Source: Candidatus Rifleibacteriota bacterium
Lineage (GTDB): Bacteria; Muiribacteriota; Ozemobacteria; Ozemobacterales; Ozemobacteraceae
Direction of reading: 5' to 3'
DNA: 64,000 nucleotides
Assembly (NCBI GenBank): GCA_051747585.1
Contig: JBNJGH010000003.1
Location: forward strand, 1,980 to 65,979
A program made the position numbers and the translations under genes. Shown here piece by piece: positions 59,033 to 64,000 of the stretch. The notes below the pieces were generated by a model, which saw nothing but the letters and a program-made list of their open reading frames with translations, made no database searches and was not told where the DNA came from. Each line of letters starts with the position of its first letter. Within the stretch, counting starts at the first letter, position 1.

Positions 59033-60268
59033 TTATACCGATTCGGTTCGGGCCGGGCTTTTTCTTTCCTGCTCTTTTCGTCGATTAATAAACTCGATGA
59101 GGAAAGATGCGAAAACACCTAAAACTCCGGCGCTGAGGCCCGCAAGAATAACCATTATAGATCTGCGGGGTTTAGATTTGAGTTCTGGTGGAACAGGCTC
59201 GTCAATAACTTCAAATTGATTTACTTCTTCGGCCTCGGTAATCTTAGCCATTTCATATTGTTCGGTTAAAACTCCGAAAACCTTTTCTTTAACCTTGAGA
59301 TCACGCTTTAATCTGACAAATTCAAGTGAAAGGTCGGGTATGTCTACCAGTTTTTCTTCGGTAAGTGCAATCTCTTTTTCGATAGAATTCAAGCGAGCTT
59401 CTTCAGAAACTTTCTGTCCTTCTATTTTTACCAGCTCGGGCACATTTCCTGAGGCTTTAAGCAAACTGTTCTGCATATTAAGCTTGATTTCGGCTTCAAC
59501 CTTTTCGGCTTCGAGTTTGGCAAGCTTATCTATAAGAGCGCTGGCCTGCTGCTCCATAGAAAACACTTTATGCTTGCTTTGAAATTTTTTGAGCTCGTTT
59601 TCAGCTGCAACAAGTTCTTTACGAACTTTTTTCAGCTGTCTTTCAATAAAGAGTCTCTTTTCTCTTTGCGGTCCACTTGCAAAGCTGGCCAGAAAATCGA
59701 GATAAGCCGAGGCTATTTCGGCAGAGACCTTTGGATCAAGGGTTTCAACACCTACGGTTATAAGCCCGTCCTTGTCTTTATCTACCGAAACAATGCTGTT
59801 CACCTTTTTAACGGTTTTATCGTAAATTATTTCTTCGGGCGGATTCTCGCCGACAATAGCAGGATGAGTGGCTATACCGAAACGTTTTATGATTCTATCG
59901 GTCATAGTTCGGCTTTTAAGATAAGCCATAAGGTATTCGGCAGAGCCACCGCCGCCTGCGCTACCAAGCATGCCCCCCAGAGGCAGACTGCTTAACAGAG
60001 ACTGCATTTTTCCGCCACCTGAATGAACGAAAATGGTAGCACTGGACTTGAAATGATTAGACAACGTCAAACTGTATAATGCAGTTGCTACTGCAACAAG
60101 AAAAGGAAAAACTATTACAAGTTTCCAGTGCTTTACCAATACTCTGAACAGCTCAAAAAGATCTATTTCGTCTTCTTCGAGCCCCATAAGTATTTCTCGC
60201 TTTAAAAGCTCTTCTTTAACTTCTTTTTTAAGCTGCTCTGCGTTAATTTCCGTATTTTTTTCGTTCAT
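59033..60268 (-). CDS. Wzz/GumC-like polysaccharide co-polymerase (chain-length determinant) without a kinase domain
   Basis: An N-terminal TM helix, a long coiled-coil periplasmic region, and a C-terminal TM helix (IMVILAGLSAGVLGVFASFLI). Confidence 0.6.
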   Translation of the reverse strand: MNEKNTEINAEQLKKEVKEELLKREILMGLEEDEIDLFELFRVLVKHWKLVIVFPFLVAVATALYSLTLSNHFKSSATIFVHSGGGKMQSLLSSLPLGGMLGSAGGGGSAEYLMAYLKSRTMTDRIIKRFGIATHPAIVGENPPEEIIYDKTVKKVNSIVSVDKDKDGLITVGVETLDPKVSAEIASAYLDFLASFASGPQREKRLFIERQLKKVRKELVAAENELKKFQSKHKVFSMEQQASALIDKLAKLEAEKVEAEIKLNMQNSLLKASGNVPELVKIEGQKVSEEARLNSIEKEIALTEEKLVDIPDLSLEFVRLKRDLKVKEKVFGVLTEQYEMAKITEAEEVNQFEVIDEPVPPELKSKPRRSIMVILAGLSAGVLGVFASFLIEFINRRKEQERKSPARTESV

Positions 60269-61398
60269 TATTCTTCGATTATTTCTACATTAGCTCTTGG
60301 TAATACCATTTTTTCGCCGCCCTTGAGGGTCTCAATTTCGACGACGCGAACTTTTGCTTCTGAAGGTATTTTGGTTGGTTTTTCCGGAAGATTTACCACT
60401 TTTGCAACTTCACCGAAATGTGGTTCACGAATAATACGCACCATGCTGCCAATCTGCATTCCAGTTGATGAAACCTGAGGAGCACTGTCGATAGAGGCCC
60501 CTTCGATTGGGATCACAACTTCAGGCCGCATAACTCCGGCGCGGATCTGGGTTGCGCCATTAATAGAAGTCTTTTTGCCTTCACAGTTTTTTAGCAGATC
60601 AAAGGTTTTTTGAGCCATATTTATTTGCCCAAACCCTTCTGTTACAACAAGGGTTATGCCTTTTTCTTCGGTTCCGGTAATTGCAACACCAAGATCATAG
60701 CCAAGAAATTCCTTGAGATCATTGGCATCGTAACCGCCAACCACAACCCCGGCTGCTCCAACTTCGACAGCTCTGCTTAAAGCATCTGCCGTTACAAGAG
60801 AGCCACCAACAATAATTTTGTTTTTATGCTCAATTTTTATGTCTTCTTTGTTAAGAATATCTGAAGGCGATTGGGCGACCATTTCAAGCTCACCAATTGC
60901 TTCTGGACCGATTCCAAAAATTCCCTGCACGAATGTGGCAACTGTATCGACCTTGACACCTTCATCTTCGTATACATCATCAATGAAGCCATCGACATAA
61001 GCATTTACTTCGACAGGTATGGGCGGCTCACGCAAGATAGCCTGACCGGTAGCATCAGAAAGACTTTCTATCGTTCCGGTTATGGGAGCCTTAATCTGGG
61101 TTTTAAAGAAACCGAAAAGACCTTGAGTTTCGGCAATAATTTCGTCTTTTGCTATTTCATCGCCCTCTTTTTTTACCAGAAAAAGATTAATTTCTTTTGC
61201 CTCACAACCCAGCATATTTGCCAGATTCAAAGGGTAAACATTACCGGGCAGATCAGTAGAGGCAACTACATCTTCGGCAGTAACCTTATCACCTTTTTTA
61301 ACATGCACTTTTCCAAGCATTGGCAAACGACGATCTTTTTCTACAAGGGTTTTACCAACAATTTTTAATCCGGGAGTATAAGCACTAGCCATTAGCAA
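60268..61398 (-). CDS. Hypothetical protein, partner of the ASKHA ATPase; possible barrel-sandwich-hybrid segments at both ends
   Basis: N-terminal KVHVKKGDKVTAEDVV and C-terminal EKMVLPRANVEIIEE resemble lipoyl/biotinyl-like hybrid motifs. The middle is Gly-rich (VGAAGVVVGG). Tightly coupled to the upstream gene. Confidence 0.35.
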   Translation of the reverse strand: MLMASAYTPGLKIVGKTLVEKDRRLPMLGKVHVKKGDKVTAEDVVASTDLPGNVYPLNLANMLGCEAKEINLFLVKKEGDEIAKDEIIAETQGLFGFFKTQIKAPITGTIESLSDATGQAILREPPIPVEVNAYVDGFIDDVYEDEGVKVDTVATFVQGIFGIGPEAIGELEMVAQSPSDILNKEDIKIEHKNKIIVGGSLVTADALSRAVEVGAAGVVVGGYDANDLKEFLGYDLGVAITGTEEKGITLVVTEGFGQINMAQKTFDLLKNCEGKKTSINGATQIRAGVMRPEVVIPIEGASIDSAPQVSSTGMQIGSMVRIIREPHFGEVAKVVNLPEKPTKIPSEAKVRVVEIETLKGGEKMVLPRANVEIIEE

Positions 61399-61410
61399 CC
61401 ATCCTTTCTA

Positions 61411-63270
61411 TCACAGGCCAGGATAGAGATCCATGGCTTTATACCATGATTTCACCAGTTCAACACGTTTCGATTTATCTTTTGGTAAGGTAAAAGGCCT
61501 TCCGCGGGTATCAAAAACAAGTCCGACAACTCCGCCATCTACTTTAGCCTCTATTTCTTTACCATCACCTTCGCCAAGATCAAATCCCCATCTTGGTTTG
61601 ATAAACAAGTCTGCCTTTTCACCGACTTTCAATGGCACAACATTCAGTTCCCCGCCTTTGCAGGTAATATTTTTCTTTTCGCCATCGGGCATGGTAAGAG
61701 TAACTTCCATTACCGCTTCACCCATTTTGACCTTGCCGACCGGTGCAATACAGGTTCCAATATAAATTAAACAGTCTTTTTCGAAAACGCTCATTGCTGC
61801 ATCTTCATGAACTTTAGCCAGAACACCAAGCTGAGGCATCATAAAGATGGAGTCAACAGTCAGCATGGTTATTCCTTCGGGCATGAAAGCATCAATTAAC
61901 ATCATTGCCGTCTGCTGCCTTCTTGGAGCGTGTGAAAGAACACCGCCTGAACCTATAAGCATATCAAGCTCTTTAAGGTTAACCAGGGTTTCACCCGTCA
62001 TACTTTGATCAAAAACATCGCCGATAGTTCTTTCCTGTTGAACACCTTTCAGACCGACAGCTAATGAACGGTGCTGATCGAATGACAATCTTAAAGCTTC
62101 ACGGGCGCAGGCTTGCTCAACCATCAATTCCTGCAACAAAGAAGGAATGGTGGTAGGTCTGATCATTTTATTTTTAACGCGGTTACGCAAATCGGCTTCT
62201 TCCATATCGAAAGGAACCCAGCGCATGATTTTATCAATTCCCGCTTCAGCAAAAACATTACTGATTGAATAACTCATACCATAGTTTGCAGAAACAGACT
62301 TGTTGTAAATTCCGCCAAATACGCTGAAAACATCTGTAGTCGCGCCGCCGATGTCTGCACCAACGACATTGATGCCTTTTCTTTTGGAAATAAGCTGCAT
62401 AATATCGCCGACTGCGCCTGGAGTAGGCATAATATCTTCATCGGTTAATTCCATAAGATGCGGATAACCCGGAGCATGACTCATAACATGTTCAAGAAAC
62501 AGCTGCTGAATTTTCTGTCGAGTCGGCATCAGGTTTTCTTGTTCAAGAGTAGGTCTGAGGTTATCGGTTATATCAAGCGAGACTTTGTCTGCAAGACGCT
62601 CTTTTATAAGGTCTGTTGCCTGGTTGTTACCCGCATACAAAACCGGCAGCTGATAACTTACACCTAGTCGTGCTTTCGGGTTTGCTGCAGCTATAATTTC
62701 TGCCAGTTTTGCAACATGAGAGGTTGTTCCGCCATCGATACCGCCGGAGAGCAGAATCATATCAGGTCTTAAATGCCTGATTCGCTGAATTTTCTCATGA
62801 GGGAGTCTACCGTCATTAATTGCCAGAACATCCATAACAATAGCTCCGGCACCAAGAGCAGCTCGAGTTGCCGATTCTCCGGTCATTGTTTTAACAACAC
62901 CGGAAACCATCATCTGAAGGCCGCCACCGGCCGAACTGGTTGAGACGTATAAATCTACGCCTTTATTGTCGTTAAGCGGTTTTATAATTGCCGTTCCATC
63001 ATCGGTTAAAATCTGCCTTCCGGCAAGTTCTTGAACTTCAGATACAGCATTGAGCACGCCCTGAGTAACATCTTCAACCGGTGCTTCAACCGTAGTCGGG
63101 GCTTCACCCCTGACAATGAGTCTGAAAACACCGTCACGCTTTTCGATAAGAATTGCCTTAGTGGTTGTACTACCACAATCCGTAGCCAGGATACTTTGAA
63201 TATCACCTTTGCTCACGTGATTCACCTTCCTTACTGTCCTTTTTAAGCTTTTCCAGGTCTTCGATGGCAA
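61411..63270 (-). CDS. ASKHA-superfamily ATPase of the GlmL/MutL / EutA / DdrA-reactivase type, 619 aa
   Basis: Phosphate-1 motif ATDCGSTTTKAIL; LLSGGIDGGTTSHV; a second motif GADIGGATTDVFSV. It is longer than a canonical GlmL (about 460 aa), so the family assignment is approximate. Confidence 0.5.
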   Translation of the reverse strand: MPSKTWKSLKRTVRKVNHVSKGDIQSILATDCGSTTTKAILIEKRDGVFRLIVRGEAPTTVEAPVEDVTQGVLNAVSEVQELAGRQILTDDGTAIIKPLNDNKGVDLYVSTSSAGGGLQMMVSGVVKTMTGESATRAALGAGAIVMDVLAINDGRLPHEKIQRIRHLRPDMILLSGGIDGGTTSHVAKLAEIIAAANPKARLGVSYQLPVLYAGNNQATDLIKERLADKVSLDITDNLRPTLEQENLMPTRQKIQQLFLEHVMSHAPGYPHLMELTDEDIMPTPGAVGDIMQLISKRKGINVVGADIGGATTDVFSVFGGIYNKSVSANYGMSYSISNVFAEAGIDKIMRWVPFDMEEADLRNRVKNKMIRPTTIPSLLQELMVEQACAREALRLSFDQHRSLAVGLKGVQQERTIGDVFDQSMTGETLVNLKELDMLIGSGGVLSHAPRRQQTAMMLIDAFMPEGITMLTVDSIFMMPQLGVLAKVHEDAAMSVFEKDCLIYIGTCIAPVGKVKMGEAVMEVTLTMPDGEKKNITCKGGELNVVPLKVGEKADLFIKPRWGFDLGEGDGKEIEAKVDGGVVGLVFDTRGRPFTLPKDKSKRVELVKSWYKAMDLYPGL

Positions 63271-63547
63271 CGATAAGCTGTTCTATTCGTTTACGATCTG
63301 CGGCAATCGCCTGCAGTTTTTCCATCTTGACCGGATCAATAATCGTTTCAAGTATAGGGCCAAACAATATAAGGGTACTATGACCTATGAGCGACAAGGG
63401 CTTGCACATTTCCAGAGCCATAACCGCAGGAACACTCATTCGACGACGAACTACCCCATCGGCAAGCAAATTGATAAACTCATCAATTTCTTCGTCAGTG
63501 AATTTAGTATTTTCTTCCGGGCTTTCCGGAATTGTCCACATGCCCAT
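63203..63547 (-). CDS. Small hypothetical protein (114 aa)
   Basis: ORF only; its C-terminus overlaps the ASKHA gene start. Confidence 0.3.
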   Translation of the reverse strand: MGMWTIPESPEENTKFTDEEIDEFINLLADGVVRRRMSVPAVMALEMCKPLSLIGHSTLILFGPILETIIDPVKMEKLQAIAADRKRIEQLIVAIEDLEKLKKDSKEGESREQR

Positions 63548-63558
63548 ATAAATTCGCC

Positions 63559-64000
63559 TTATATTATATGTAACCAGTCAGATAACAGGAACTGAAATCG
63601 ACCGATCAGCAGAGAAATACGACCCATCACAGTCGTTCCGAACGCTGCGCCGAAACTTACCATCAGAAACCAGATACCTACACGGCTTAGATTGCCGTAA
63701 ACAGGGCCGCGGTGCTCGGTTGAAAAGAAGAAGTAAAACAAACAGGTTATTGAACCAATTACCAGAACCAGATTTGAGAAACTCTGCATATAATCGCCGG
63801 CAACAGCCAATGGTCTAATTGCTTTTGCGACCTGTGGTATAAGCATCTGCTGAGTTGAATAAACAATTGCCAGCCCGGTAGAAACACCCATAACAAAAGA
63901 TATGGTAAAACGACTGACCCAGGAATAAGCTGGACTAAGCTTAAACAACATTAACAAACCCAGAAGCCCGGGAATAATATAAGCCAACTCTGCGGGGTTG
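63559..64000 (-). CDS. Hypothetical polytopic membrane protein; the reading frame stays open to the 3' window edge, so it is probably N-terminally truncated here
   Basis: Four hydrophobic helices. The ORF-track start at 63987 is a TTG, and the frame continues without a stop to position 64000. Confidence 0.4.
   Translation of the reverse strand, partial: NPAELAYIIPGLLGLLMLFKLSPAYSWVSRFTISFVMGVSTGLAIVYSTQQMLIPQVAKAIRPLAVAGDYMQSFSNLVLVIGSITCLFYFFFSTEHRGPVYGNLSRVGIWFLMVSFGAAFGTTVMGRISLLIGRFQFLLSDWLHII

Noticed and set aside
1-64000. tRNA, tmRNA, RNase P or SRP RNA genes
   Set aside because: I scanned the intergenic regions for T-loop-like GGTTCGAATCC and acceptor-stem patterns and found nothing convincing. 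By-eye sensitivity is low, so absence is not proven.

Overview
This 64 kb window is bacterial chromosomal DNA, roughly 40% GC, gene-dense, with the compact operons and TPR/GAF-rich proteins typical of an uncultivated anaerobe lineage. It contains no rRNA genes and no CRISPR array, and I could not recognise any tRNA by eye. Coding content I can support, in order along the window:
- A MoxR / DUF58 / transglutaminase-like operon at the 5' end. The transglutaminase-like gene runs off the window and is absent from the ORF track.
- An M18 aminopeptidase, holA, rpsT and an M23/SH3b peptidase.
- A five-gene plus-strand operon of three multi-GAF signalling proteins (PP2C phosphatase, GGDEF cyclase, HD-GYP phosphodiesterase), a DHH-like/CBS/CCA-polyA-polymerase fusion and a site-2 protease.
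- Ferritin, RarA and two HD hydrolases.
- A Wzx/Wzy-type glycan cluster: asnB-like amidotransferase, GT4, Wzy-like, GT2, two sulfotransferases, fdtB/fdtC/fdtA (dTDP-3-acetamido-3,6-dideoxyhexose pathway), a SAM methyltransferase and Wzx.
- DUF885, a HIT hydrolase, several small hypothetical proteins, a zinc-ribbon/TPR membrane protein, nadK and dsbD.
- Nif3, a phosphomannomutase/phosphoglucomutase and a TPR/transglutaminase-like protease.
- An Rpn-family PD-(D/E)XK nuclease (putative transposase).
- A HEAT-repeat protein with a very long acidic linker, an FmdB zinc-ribbon protein, a solitary Eco57I-type N6-adenine DNA methyltransferase and a Wzz/GumC-like protein.
- At the 3' end, a partial operon of unknown function built around a 619-aa GlmL/MutL-like ASKHA ATPase.
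The strongest non-coding signal is a modular, highly palindromic intergenic repeat family with at least seven full or partial copies. Its core carries three hairpins. The third is a 26-bp perfectly paired stem whose sequence differs completely between copies, with every change compensated on the opposite arm. Between copies, the hairpin 1/2 sub-module and the hairpin 3 loop are also found in different relative orientations. Two near-identical extended copies of about 550 bp flank the Rpn nuclease gene as direct repeats.
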